A DNA stretch of 64,000 nt, from NCBI GenBank assembly GCA_026936335.1, contig JAPMXV010000072.1, forward strand, positions 188,491-252,490, written 5' to 3'. This document shows positions 22,511 through 35,400 of this stretch, in pieces (position 1 is the stretch's first letter; each line of letters starts with the position of its first letter). Under the pieces are notes generated by a model. It was not told the origin of the DNA, searched no databases, and saw only the letters and a list, made by a program, of their open reading frames with translations. The DNA comes from Mantamonas sphyraenae STR306 (Eukaryota > Protista > CRuMs). The translations under genes were made by a program, and so were the position numbers.

Positions 22511-23975
22511 ATGTTTGCACGAAGCGGACGAAAGAGTGTGGTCAAGGGAGCCATGGCAAGCGTGATGAAGCAGCAGGAGGTGAGGATGGCACACAGTGGA
22601 GCCAGCAATCTGCTGGTGGAGGATCTGACAGAGGCAGTGGCAGCCATGAAGGAGGCCGGGACGTACAAGCGGGAACGAGTGATTAGCTCGCCGCAGGCTT
22701 CCAACGTGCGTGTGCAGGGCAACGATGCAGAAATCCTCAACTTTTGTGCAAACAACTATCTGGGATTGGCAGATGATCCCAGTGTGATCAAGGCAGCCCA
22801 CCAGGCGCTGGACGACTTTGGGTTTGGGGTGGCCTCGGTTCGGTTCATCTGTGGCACGCAGACAGTGCACAAGGAGCTGGAGAGGAGCATTGCTCGCTTC
22901 CATGGCATGGAGGACTGCATTTTGTATCGTAGGTTGAGAGGGAAGGGGTAGGGAGGGAGAGAGAGAGGGGCGGGGGAGAGGGGAAAGGGGTAGGGAAAGG
23001 GAGGGGAGGAATGTGGGAGGGAGAGGGGGCAAAGGGAAGAGCGGGTGGAAGGGGAGGGGAGGGAAAGGGGAAGGGGATGCCTGACAAGGAAGAGGTGTAT
23101 TGGACACAGCATCGTGCTTTGATGCCAACGCAGGGTTCTTTGAAGCCATCCTTGGACCGGAGGATGCACTTGTAAGCGACAAGCTGAACCATGCGTCGAT
23201 CATCGACGGGATCCGGCTGTGCAAGGCGCAGAAGAGGCTGTACGAGCACTTGGATCTGGGGGACTTGGATGCAAAGCTGGGGGAGGTGAGTGGGGCAAGG
23301 CACAAGGTGGTTGTGACGGACGGGGTGTTTAGCATGGATGGGGACATTGCACCGTTGGATGAGATCTGCAACGTGGCGGAGAAGCACGGAGCACTGGTGT
23401 TTGTGGACGAATGCCACGCAACTGGGTTCCTGGGAGAGACGGGCCGTGGGACGCCCGAGTACCACGGGGTCATGGAACGAGTGGACGTGATCAACTCGAC
23501 GCTGGGCAAGGCGTTGGGAGGCGGGCAAGGAGGGTACACGGTGGCACGGAAGGAGATTGTGGAGGTGTTGAGGAACAAGGGACGGCCGTACTTGTTCAGC
23601 AACTCCATCACACCGTCGGTGGCGGCAGGGACCCAGGCAGTGTTTGACATGCTGGAGAAGGACACGTCGCGACGGGATCAGCTGGAGGCCAACACGAAGC
23701 AGTTCCGAACGGCGATGACACAGGCAGGGTTTACCATCATGGGCAAGGACCATCCGATTGCACCTGTGCTGCTTGGGGATGCTCGTCTGGCGTCTGAGTT
23801 TGCAGAGAGGATGCTGGCCAAGAACATCTACGTGATTGGCTTCTCGTTCCCTGTGGTGCCGCACGACACGGCACGCATCCGTGTGCAGCTGTGTGCAAAC
23901 CACACGTCGGAGCAGATTGATCAGGCGGTGGCTGCGTTTGTGGAGGTGGGGAAGGAGTTGGGGGTCATTGAGTGA
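22511..23975 (+). CDS. GCAT: 2-amino-3-ketobutyrate CoA ligase (glycine C-acetyltransferase), mitochondrial; exons 22511-22928 and 23110-23975
   Basis: NFCANNYLGL, SVRFICGT, spliced LYP/SCFDAN, LNHASIIDG, DECHATG, STLGKALGG, ARIRVQ. Confidence 0.95.
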
Positions 23976-23989
23976 TGTACTGTTGAATT

Positions 23990-25846
23990 CTATGTGCCTT
24001 GGTGGTAGAGGAGGAGGTAGGCGGCACTGCCTTCGTCCAGGACGTCTTGTTGGGAGACGGTGGAGACGTGGGAGTCGTCGAAACACAGCCAGTCGCCGTA
24101 GGGCTGTTTGACCATGGCGACATAGTGGCCGCCCGAGGGAGAGTCGCCGTAGTGGGAGACAATGGCAGCGAGGGAGTAGCTGTGTTGTTGCTGTTGGTCG
24201 GAGTAGAGCTTGCCCAGGCGCAAGGAGAGGGGAAACTCGACGAAGCGATCGACCTTGTGGACGCCGTTGTGGTCAAAGGCAAAGCGTTTCAAATGTACAA
24301 GGAGGCTGTGGGGGCAACGGTGGATGAGGGTCTGCTTGCTGGCAGGGGTCTCTTGGCCTGTGCGTTCGCTGACATAGCCATGCAGGGTTTCCTTGCGGAC
24401 AAAGGCGCGCAGCGCTTGGTCGAGGGTGTCGATGCCCTGGTCGTCAATGTCCAATGGCAAGCAGACAAAGGGTTGGGTGCTGCTGGACGGTTGTTCACCC
24501 TCTTTGCGCACAATGCTCTTTAGTTGGCCACCAAAGATGGAGGAGATGGGCGAGGCCACCTGTGCATCCTCCACCTGTTTGCTCATGTGCACCGTGGCTT
24601 GGTTGTGCGAGCCCACCTCCAGCCAGTCTTCCGAGTCGGAGTCTTCGTCGGGCAGGTTGGATGGGTACGGCGACGTGGAATCCGTGTCTTGGGACGGGGG
24701 TGAGGGAGGTGCTTCCTGGGTCTCGTCGTCGGTGGAGGTGGAGGCCAGGAGGGCTGCCCAGGATGAGGTGGACTGGGTTGAAGTGGAGGAGGATGGGGTG
24801 GATTTGGGTTTGGAGGAGGAGGTGGTGGTGGAGGTGGAGGAGGTGGTGGTGGGGGTGGGAGGTGGGAGGCTGCAGAAGCAAGCTCTTCGTGAAGGGCGTC
24901 GAGGAGGAAACTGAGGAATTCCTGGGCATCCTGCTGTTGGCCAGTGATGGAACTCATGAGACTGTTGGAGTTGGCAAAGTCGGTGAGGAGTGGGTGGAAG
25001 TGGAGAGGGGTAAAGGCGCCGCCAGCGCTGAGGAAGCGGGAGGCAAGCTGTTGTTGCGACGTGTACGTGGTTGTGTCAAACAGGGCGATATGATCAGTGC
25101 TATGGGTGGGGGTGGGGGAGGTGAGTGAGTTGTGGTGTGTGGGGATTAAAGGGCAGGAAACGGGGGTGACGCACAAGGCTCGGGTTACTGGGAAAGCACT
25201 TTCCGGCAGGGAGAGCGGGACCAGGTCGCGCAGGAGGTGGACAAAGGGCTGAGAGCCCATGAGAAGCTGCAGGGTGGAGTTCATGAAACAGGAGTTGCCT
25301 CGGTTGATGAGACCACGTGGTTTGATGGCAGAGAGGACAGGCGAAGGGCAAGCGGCAAAGAGATCACTCAGAGTCTGCAGAGCCTCAGCGTCCATGAGTT
25401 GATCGATTGGTTTGGTGGAAGGAGAGGAGGTGAAGAGAGGAAGAGGAGGAGGAGGAGGAGGAAGAGGAGGTGGTGGTGGAGTTGGTGGGTTTGACGCCAC
25501 GTGCTTCCGGACTGGCGTCGTCGGGTACGTTTTTGCTGACGACACTGGTCCAGGAGAAGCCACTGGAGGTTTTCAGAGAGGGCTTGGACGGGGTGGAGGA
25601 TGAGGGCTGCTTGGTGGAGTTGGAGGCGCGTGTGCTGGTCTGTGTCTGTGTCTGTGGCTTGGGTTTGGGGTTGGGTTTGCTTCCCCTGGTACGGGGTTGT
25701 TGTTGATCCGTGTGCTGCTGCTGCTTCTTGCCACCACCATGCGACTGACCCTGGCTGGTGTTGCCAGACGCATTGCGGTTGCGGCGGCGGCGGTTGCGGC
25801 GACGTGGATTTGCAGAGGAGGAGGAGGAGGATGGACGAGCGCTCAT
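23990..25846 (-). CDS. Ubiquitin-specific protease, USP10/Ubp3-like; has one intron and two apparent frameshifts
   Basis: PRGLINRGNSCFMNS Cys box, QQDAQEFL, SPISSIFGG, HLKRF, HYG...GGHY, WLCFDD, AYLLLY. Frame breaks at about 25435 and 24860 in low-complexity runs. Confidence 0.85.
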
Positions 25847-25888
25847 GGAGGCAGCATTGCATCGACGAGCGCATAGGGAGACAGGAGC

Positions 25889-28439
25889 ATGTCACGTCGA
25901 AGCACACGAGCAGGACGGCGACGCAAGGAGGAGGAAGTGGCGAGGGCAATGGCTGCAGAGGAGGAGGAGGAAGAGGAGGAGGTGGAGGTGGAGGTGAGGC
26001 GGCGTCAAAGGGCACATGCGCAGACGCGGACGACGCGGAAACGAAGCCGTGCAGCGGCGGAGGAGGGATGGCAAGGCGGGAAAGCAGGACACAGGGGTCG
26101 GCATGTGGGCAAACATGCACCTGCAGAAGAGGCGGCGGAACAAGGGGATGCAAGCGGAGAGGAGGAGGAGGAGGAGGCGTGGGAGTCGGATTCGGACGAC
26201 GAGTCGTTCATCTCGCAGTCGAGCGACTCGAGCGGAGACGAGGCGGAGGAGGAGGTGACCACGGCAGCAGATGTGTTGGCAGCAGCAAGGCGTGGACAGG
26301 GCAGCAGCAGCAGCAGTGGTGGTGGCGGTGGTGGTGGTGAAGGGTGGGAGGAAGAAGGGGAGGAGGACGAGGAGAGCGGACCGAAGGAGCAACCGAACTA
26401 TTTGACGGCGCGACACGGGTTCCCAGCACCGCAAGCGGACGAGGACGGAACGTTTACAGACTCTGATGAGGAGGAGTGGGCAAATCCGCCACGAAACCGG
26501 ATTGGAAACATCCCCATCGAGTGGTACGACGACCTGGACCACGTGGGGTACGACATTCACGGGCGGAAGATCATGAAGAAGAAGGCAAAGGACGCCCTGG
26601 ACACATTCATCGACCGGTCGGACGACCCTTACGACTGGCGCAAGGTGCATGACTATGTGAACGACCAGGACATCACGCTGACGGAGGAGGAGATTGAACT
26701 GGTGAACCGTGTGGTTCGCAGGGAAGCATGCAGATGGGTCATACGACCCGTATGCAGACTATGTGGAATGGTTCACAGACACACCGAGCATCCATCCAAT
26801 GGTCAACAAGCCTGAGCCAAAGAGGCGATTCCAACCGAGCAAGATGGAAAACGCACGGATCATGCACATTGTGCGTGGTCTGCGCAGGGGCACCATCAAG
26901 ACCAAAGCTCAATGGGAGGCGGAGCAAAGCAAGGAGAAACCTCTGGAGTTGGCGTGGACCGAGGACGAGGTGGACAGTCTGCAGGACGACACAAGGCACA
27001 TTGCGGCGCCCAAGCGTGTGCTGCCCAGCCATGCCGAGTCGTACAACCCAGCCGTGGAGTTTCTGCCCACAGAGGAGGAGCGTCTGCAGTGGCAGATGAT
27101 GCCCAAGGAGGACAGGCCGTACAACTTTGAACCGACACGATACGACGCCCTGCGCAAGGTGCCGCTGTACACGCAACTGCTGCGGGAGAACTTTGAACGC
27201 TGTCTGGATCTGTACCTGTGTCCACGCACCAAGAAGCGCAAGATGAACGTGGATGCAGAGGATCTGGTGCCCAAGTTGCCCAAGGCGGCCGACCTGAAGC
27301 CGTTCCCCACGCAGCTGAGCATGGAGTACAAGGGCCACACGGACATGGTGCGTGCCTTGGATGTGCATGCGGCAGGGCAGTGGCTGGCAACGGGGGGAGC
27401 AGACGGCACAGTGCGCGTGTGGGAAGTGGCCACAGGCAGGTGTGTGCGCATGTGGCGCTTTGGGTCGCAGACGGTGCAATGTGTGGCATGGAACCCGGCT
27501 GTGGATGTGTTTGTGCTGGCCATCGCCGTGGGCGAGCGTGTGCTGCTGTGCAACGCGTTGGTGGGCAGCGACGAGGCGAATGTGAACAGCGATGTGTTTT
27601 TGATGGGCGATGTGGAGGAGGGTGATGAAGGAGAGGGAAAGGAGGAGGAGGAAGAGGAGGGAGAGGACGAGGAGGAGCAGGAGGAGGTGGTGGAGGAGGA
27701 AATGGCGAGTGAGAGCAAGATGGCACCCGTGGTGTGGAAGAAGCTTGCGGTGGGACGGGGAAAGAAGGACAATGGGAAGCGATGGGTGGTGGAGCACAAG
27801 TTTGAGGTGAAGCATGTGGCGTGGCACAGGCGGGGAGACTACTTTAGCACGACGGCGCCGGAAGGAGAGAGCAGGGCGGTGGTGGTGCATCAGTTGAGCA
27901 AGCGGAGCACTCAGAATCCGTTTAGCAAGTCGTTGGGACGTGTGCAGGCCAGTGTGTTTCATCCCACCAAGCCACTGTTCTTTGTGGCGACGCAACACTA
28001 TGTGCGCATCTACAACCTGGTGCGGCAGGAGCTGGTGAAGAAGCTGCAGACGGGAGTGAAGTACGTGAGCACACTGGATGTGCACACGAGTGGAGACCAC
28101 GTGCTGGTGGGATCGTTTGACAAGCGTGTGGTGTGGTTCGACCTGGACATGGGCAGCAAACCGTACCGTACGCTGCGGTACCACGCAAAGGCAGTGCGCA
28201 GCGTGGCATTCCATCCACGGTACCCGCTGTTTGCAAGCAGCAGCGACGATTGCCGTCTGCATGTGTTCCACGGCCGTGTGTACAACGACCTGACGCAGAA
28301 TGCGCTGATTGTGCCCCTCAAGATCCTGCGTGGGCACAAGGAGGTGGACCACGTGGGCGTGTTGGGTGTCAAGTGGCATCCGACGCAGCCATGGTTGTTT
28401 TCCGCAGGGGCGGACAACCGTGTGGTGATGTGGATGTGA
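25889..28439 (+). CDS. BOP1: Ribosome biogenesis WD40 protein BOP1/Erb1; one apparent +1 frameshift near 26713
   Basis: NRIGNIPIEWYDD..HVGYD, PEPKRRFQPSK, ESYNP, FERCLDLYLCPR, LKPFP, WD40 repeats, IVPLKIL. Confidence 0.95.
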
Positions 28440-28472
28440 AAGAGAGGAATGAAGGGAGTTTGTGCATTGACA

Positions 28473-29150
28473 TCAACGGACAAGAGTGAGCTTGCCGGTG
28501 ATCTTGTCGACGTCTTCCTTGGCTGCAGGCCCAATGCCAATGACCGTGCGGCTGCCTGGGGCAAGCTGTGTGCGGCCTGCGTCTGCAATGACGGCGTAGG
28601 GGAGATCGGTGTCGCGTAGGGCGGCAATGACGTCGTCAAACTCCTGTTCGTCGTTGACCTTGACGACAATCTTGGCTGTGCCCTCGATTTGCCAGTGTTG
28701 CACGCGGAGGGCGTTGTGGCGTGTCTGGAGGGCACGCTTGTAGGCACCGAGGGAACCGTGGGCCACCTGAGCGGCCATTTTGCCCGGTTTCATGATGGCT
28801 TTCTTGCCCCCGCGGATGAGATCGCCTCGGACAACCATGATCTGGCGTGGGTTTGTGCCATGGCCAGCCATGAGTTCTTCTTCGGTGAAGGAGAAGGCGG
28901 GGAAGGGCAGGTCGGAGTCTGTGGAGGACACAGAGCAGGAGTCATCGTCGGATGGGGTTGGGGAGGAGGAGGGGGTGGTGGGGGTGGTGGGGGTGGTGGT
29001 GGTGGTGGTGGAGGAGGAGGATTGGTTGGCCAGTGGGGTTGACGGGGTGGCGGAGGCTGGGGTGAAGAGACGGGCAAGGCCGTAGCCGAGGGCCAGGCCC
29101 ACACTCATGGCCAGAGCGAGTTTGGGCAGGTTTGCGTCTGTTTGGGACAT
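28473..29150 (-). CDS. PTRH2: Peptidyl-tRNA hydrolase 2
   Basis: N-terminal TM; VVRGDL...GKMAAQVAH, KIVVKV, DAGRTQLAPGSRTVIGIGP, ITGKL. Confidence 0.93.
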   Translation of the reverse strand: MSQTDANLPKLALAMSVGLALGYGLARLFTPASATPSTPLANQSSSSTTTTTTPTTPTTPSSSPTPSDDDSCSVSSTDSDLPFPAFSFTEEELMAGHGTNPRQIMVVRGDLIRGGKKAIMKPGKMAAQVAHGSLGAYKRALQTRHNALRVQHWQIEGTAKIVVKVNDEQEFDDVIAALRDTDLPYAVIADAGRTQLAPGSRTVIGIGPAAKEDVDKITGKLTLVR

Positions 29151-29324
29151 TAGCCAGGGAGAGGGGGGGGAGGGCGATGGGTTGCGTAGGTTGGGGCAGC
29201 GTGAAGCAGAAGCAATGGTAAGAGGGAGCAGAGAGCGAGAGAGAGGGTCATAGGAGAGGGATCACTGATACAGATGGGGCTCATTGGGGGGGGGGTGTTG
29301 GGACCCGCGGGGCCCGTGTGGTGT

Positions 29325-30804
29325 ATGCAGGATGCCGCAGATATCCTGTTGGGACAGGAGCACAAGGAGGAGAGCAAGAAACAGGCGCGGCAGAAGGAGA
29401 AGGAGCTGAAGCGGGCGGTGGCACGAGCAGCCGCGGCCAAGAAGCGGAGGAAGCAGAAGAAACGGCCGACAGGACTGCACAGGGAGTTGGCCATGTTGAA
29501 GGACGGAGAGGGAGGAGGGGAGGTGGAGACCATGGTGCCATCGGCCACGGTGGAGGAGGCGTTTCAAGCCAAGCGGACGATTGTGGATCCGTCGCAGGAG
29601 GTTCACTGGAAGGAGGAGGCGTACAGGACGAGTGGTGGGATCGTGTTGCGGAATTGGATGAAAAGGGTGGGACGGGAGGCGGTGGAGGAGGAGGTGGTGG
29701 TGGAGGGACAGAGGGGAGGAGGCGGAGGCAGGGAGGGAGAGGTGGAGGGGGAGGGGAGGGTGGTGAAGGAGGACCCGTTTGCACGGTACAGAGTGGGGTT
29801 GGATTGGCAGAGAAGGTACAGCGACAAAGAGTACGAAGAGTACTTTGTGAGCAAGGAGTGGAGCAGGGAGGAGACGGATGAGCTGATGGAGGCGTGCGAG
29901 GCGTTTGACAACCGGTTCGTGGTGGTGGCGGACCGGGTGGGGTTTGAGCGGAGTGTGGAGGCGATCAAGCAGAGGTACTATCACATTGCACGGACACTGT
30001 TGGAAATCCATGGCGGGGAGGAGGCACGCAGTCATCCGCTGCGTACAGTGCGGTTTGATGCAGAGTACGAAACACGACGCAAGGCACACCTGCACCAGCT
30101 GGCGTCCAGGCCAAACAGCTACGTGGCACGGCAGAGGGAACTGAAAACAGAAATGGCAAGGATCCAACAGGAACGGACTCTGGCGGGACTGCCAGCAATC
30201 ATCGATCCGAATGATCTGGAGGAAGGGGGAGGGCGGCGACGCAAGCGGAAACGCAACAGGACACGAGGTGGAGGGGGCAGAGGATGGAGACGACGAGGAT
30301 GATGATGATGATGAGGAGGAGGGACGTGGAGGAGGGGGTGGGAATGGAGAGGACGGGAAGGGCAAACAACATCAGCAGCAGCAGCAGCAGCAGCAGGAGG
30401 GGAACGGTGGGACAGGGAGCAGCAAGAGTGCCCTGCCAAGGTTCCTGTGCAATGAGAAACAGCGTGCGAAAAAGGTGGATGTGGCAGGACTGTACACAGT
30501 GTCGCAAAAGCTGTTTTCGCCTGTGCCGGGGATCTCAGCCAAGGCAAACGAACGTGTGGACCTGGCACTCACCGAGTTGGGGATCCCCAGGCAGCCCATG
30601 CCCTCGGTGGAGGTGCTGGAGGCGTTTGAGAACCTGAGGCAGGACATTATGGAAGTGCATGAGCAACGCAAGGTGCTGGAGAAGAAACGGGGAGACCTGC
30701 TCAAGGCCAAGAAGAGGCTGCAGGAGTTGCAGGATGCGACGGGTGGCCTTGCTGTGGCGGCAGCGGGTGAGGCGAGGGGAAGGAAGAGGCAGAGGGTAGG
30801 GTGA
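29325..30804 (+). CDS. DMAP1: DMAP1/Swc4 (NuA4/SWR1 SANT subunit); one apparent +1 frameshift near 30232; start uncertain
   Basis: DAADIL, GLHREL, LRNW, FARY, WSREETDELM..C..FDNRFVVVADR, RSVEAIKQRYY, MPSVEV. Confidence 0.85.
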
Positions 30805-30865
30805 CGGGTGACGGGTGGAGGGAGGGATGGATGCGCAGAGTTGGATACCAAAAAGTTAGAAGAGA

Positions 30866-32440
30866 ATGGACACGGAAAAGACAGTGCAGTTTGTGCAGGA
30901 GCAGTTTCAGTGTGAGTGGAGGGAGGGGAGAGGGAGGGGAGAGGGAGGGACAGCGTGCTGACATGGCTGTGCAGCGACGGTGTTGCCGACGCTGGAGGAG
31001 TTTATCAAGATCCCGAACCAGTCGCCCGAGTACGACGAGGAGTGGGCAAGCAATGGTCTGCAGGAGCAGGTGGTGGAGCTGTTGACGGGCTGGGTCAAGA
31101 GCCAGGAGGTGGAGGGGCTGACGATGGAGGTGATGGCAGAGGAAGGACGTACGCCACTGATTTACATGTCGTTGGCCGGGACAGGTCAGGAAGACGACCC
31201 GAGCCAGCCGACTGTGCTGCTGTACGGCCACTTTGACAAGCAACCACCTCTGACGGAGATGTGGGACGATGGCATGGGCCCGTACACGCCGGTGCAGAAG
31301 GACGGGAAGCTGTATGGAAGGTAAATGGCAACGGGAAGGGAGGGAGGGGAAAGAGAGGGGAAACGCAGGGGTGCTGACACGGGAGGGGACAGGGGTGGAG
31401 CGGACGACGGGTATGCAATCTTTGGAGCGGTGACTGCGATGAAGGCGCTTCAGGCACAGGGGGTGGCACACGCACGGCTGGTGACGATCATCGAAGGGTC
31501 GGAGGAGAGCGGGTCGCCAGATCTGCCGTTCTACGTGGATCTGCTGAGCGAGCGGATCGGAAACGTGGAGCTGGTGGTGTGCCTGGACTCTGGGGCGCTG
31601 ACGTACGATGCTCTGTGGACGACGACAAGTCTGCGCGGGTACATCGGAGGCACTCTGCGTGTGTCGCTGCTGACGGAAGGCGTGCACAGCGGAGATGGCA
31701 GCGGAATCGTGCCTGGGACCATGCGTGTGATGCGGCTGCTGCTGGACAGGCTGGAGGACGCCAAGACGGGCGAAGTGCATGAACTGTTCCAGGTGGAGAT
31801 TCCGGAGGAGCGTACGGCACAGGCCAAGGCGCTTGGGGAGGAGATGGGAGAGACGGTGTGGAAACACTTTCCGTACCAGGAGGGAGCGCAGCCGGTGAGC
31901 AAGGACGCGACGGAGCTGCTGCTGAACAGGACGTGGAAGGCACAGCTGGCGGTGGTGGGAGCAGACGGGTTCCCCAAGCCTGCAGTGGCAGGGAACGTGC
32001 TGCGCTCTGTGTCTGAGCTGAAGCTGAGCGTGCGCATCCCGCCGACCCTGGACGGGGCCAAGGGGGCTCAGGCGATGAAGGAATTGCTGGAGGCGGATGC
32101 ACCGTATGGAGCCAAGGTGGAGTTTGTGGACGTGGAGTACGCAAACGGGTGGAACGCACCGGCGACGGCGGAGTACCTGGAGACGGCGATCGAAAAGGCC
32201 AGCCAGGCGTTCTACGGCAAGCAGGCGTTTGGGTTTGGAGAGGGAGGGTCGATTCCGTTCATGGGCATGCTGGGAGAAAAGTTCCCCGAGGCGCAGTTTA
32301 TGATCACGGGAGTGCTGGGACCCAACTCGAATGCGCACGGCCCGAACGAGTTTATGCACATCGAGATGACTGAGCGGGTGGTGGAGTGTGTCGCCTCGGT
32401 GATTGCCGACCATCGGGTGTACGTGGATGGGCGAGAGTGA
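30866..32440 (+). CDS. M20 family metallopeptidase; exons 30866-30911, 30975-31320, 31394-32440
   Basis: IPNQSP, LLYGHFDKQPP, spliced YGR/GGADDG, EESGS, HSG, GGSIPF, NAHGPNE. Confidence 0.92.
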
Positions 32441-32445
32441 GGCCA

Positions 32446-35400
32446 ATGCAGTTTGAGATGTTGAAACCGGTGGTGCTTGCGTTTTTGCTTCTGGGCTGCT
32501 GCGTGCAGATTGCCATGGGTGGGTGTGCAGAGAGGACACAGTTGGTGGGGCTGTTGGAGAGCACGGGCACGTCAGTGGTGATGAACAACAAGTGCTACTG
32601 TGAGTGGAGTGGCGTCGACTGCAACGCAACCATGAGTTTCAATGCAACAGAGGCATGCTGTGGCAGCGGAAGGTTTGTGACAGGAATAACGTTGCGTGCA
32701 ATGTCTGCCGTGAGTCTTCCGGATTCGGTGCGTGCGTTTGGAGGGCAGCTGAGGCGGTTTGAAATCCTGGGCAGCGTGTCGCCTGTGCCAGTGCTTCCGG
32801 AGTGGCTTGGAGATTTTGCGGCTCTGCAGGTGCTGAAGGTGACAAACGTGGGTCTGGCAAGGGTGCCAGATGCACTGCAGAAGCTGACGGAGCTGCAGGA
32901 GTTGGTTTTGTACGGGAATGTGCTGGAAAGGGTGCCGACTTGGGTTTGGGCGCTGCCGAGGTTGAGCACGCTGGACTGGAGCGAAAACAGTCTGAGCGAG
33001 CTGGACGATGGAGTGGCAAACGCCACGCAGCTTCAGTCGTTGAAGCTGTGGAAGAACGCGTTGGGAACGTTGCCTGAAAAGTTTGGCGAGATGAGGAATC
33101 TGCGCACTTTGGACGTCAGCGAGAACCAGCTGCAGGCGTTTCCAGCGAGCATGGAAGGACTTGGATTGCTTGAGTCGCTGCTTGCGAGCCAGAACCAACT
33201 TGCGGCGTTTGATGCAACGGGCATGGTGTCGCTGGAGACGCTTGTGCTGAACAACAACATCGTGTCGAACCTGAGCCTGTCGTTGGGGAGCCTCCGCCGC
33301 CTGAAGCAGATCGACATGAGCGACAATGCTCTCGAGTCGCTGCCAGAGGAGATTGGGCAGCTGGGAGCATCGCTTGTGTCCTTGGATGTGACGGGGAATC
33401 CGAGACTCCAGCGTGTTCCCGATTCGATTTGCAACTTGTTCTCTCTGCAGCGACTGGCAATGACAGGGTGTCCCGTGGTGGAGCTTCCAGCAAACATCGG
33501 GCGTTTGGGCAATCTCACGTCGCTGTTGGTGACAGACAGCGAGTTGACGCACGTGCCAGAATCGATTGGGCAGCTGGCAAAGCTGACGGCGCTGTGGTTG
33601 GCAGGGTCCGCGGCGTTGAAGGAATTGCCCGCATCGATGGGCAAGCTGCGGAACTTGGAGTCGCTGTTCTTGAGCTATCTGCCGTTGTCGGAGGTGCCTG
33701 GGTGGGTGTGCAACCTGACGCAGTTGCGTGCTGTCGATTTCAGCTACAACCGGATCCGCACGTTGCCAGCATGCATCGGGGACCTGCAGAAGCTGAATGG
33801 ACTGGTGCTGAACAACAACGAATTGGAAACGCTGCCCGAGTCGTTTGTGCAGCTCAAGTCTCTGAACACGCTGAATTTGAAGTTCAACCGGCTGAAGGTG
33901 TTGCCACGCGGATTCGGTGGGCTGTCATTGCTGCACACGCTGGAATTGAGCAACAACCCGTTGACTGCTCTTCCAGATGATCTGACATTGTTGTCTTCGC
34001 TGGATGTTCTGCGTCTGGACAACACAAGCTTGGTGCGACTGCCCGACGGGATGGACGTCATGCGGCTGTCGTGGCTGACGATGGACAACACGCCGCTGAA
34101 AAGACTACCTGCATCCCTGGGCAACCTGGTGACGCTGAGAATCCTTTCTGTGGCACATGCAGAGTTGGAGGAGTTGCCTGCAGAGATGGGGAGGCTGACG
34201 AATTTGTCACAGATCACCCTCACGGCGAACAGGCTCACCTCGCTGCCTGAACTGGGCCTGATGAAGAGATTGACCTTTTTGGATGTGAGCAACAACTCGC
34301 TGAGACATCTTCCAGAGTCGTTGTGTGATTGTACGGCGCTGAACATCGTGGACGCGAGCGACAACTTGCTGACGATGCTTCCGAGCAAGATGCATCAACT
34401 GGTGCGGCTGAGCACGCTGGACGTGAGCAAAAACATGATCACGGAACTGCCGTTGAGCATGTCAGGGTTGGTGAAGCTGGACACGCTTCTTGTGGATCAC
34501 AACCTGATCGCAGGGAGCATGCCCCGTTGGATCTACCGCCTGGCCTCTCTGGTGACCCTGCGTATGGCCAACAATTCGTTGGATGACTTGTTGGCGGGCT
34601 ACACCTGTTCTGTGTCGTTCAAGAAGCTTGTGACGCTGGATGTGAGCGGAAACAAGATTGCCGGGAAAGTGCCAGCTTCGTTCTTTTCGTTGCCAGCGCT
34701 GCGCAGTCTGAACTTGGCGCGCAATAGGCTTGTGGGATTTTCACACCTGTGCGGGTCGGCGCTGACGAGGTCCAAGACGTTGGTGAGTGTGGACTTGCAC
34801 TCGAACCAGTTTGTGTCGCTGGACGAGGCCGTGCTGAATTTGCGCATGTTGGAGACGCTGGACGCACGTGGGAATCGTCTGAGGGATGTGTTGACTCTGG
34901 GAGGGCGGTCGTTTGCCTCGACACGATTGCGCACGCTCATCCTTCGGGACAATCAACTGCCACGGATCCACTTTGACGCGCGTTCGAGTGCGTTTTCGCA
35001 GCTTGTTGAGCTGGATCTGTCGAACAACACGCACATGTACGGAGACGTGCTTACGATGCCGCGGATGCCTGTGGCGGAGCAGATCGACCTGTCCGACACG
35101 GCGTTGGAGGGCGATTTGAACGGGCTGCCTGTGATTGCCAGCCTTCGTCGACTGGACGTGCACAACACGAGGATCAGCGGTGCATTTGGCGCGTCGTACA
35201 ACCACATTGGGTCGTCGAATAGTCTGTGGTATGCGGACGTGCGCAACACGAGCATTGTGCTGGCGAGCGGGGCGACGGACTGGCTGGTCGTGCAAGCGGG
35301 CAAGCAATTTGCCAACGGAAACGTGACGTGCCCCGAAGTGTCAGACACGCGTGGAACGTTGCAGTTCTACTACGAGCCATCCAACTGGATGGAACGGTGC

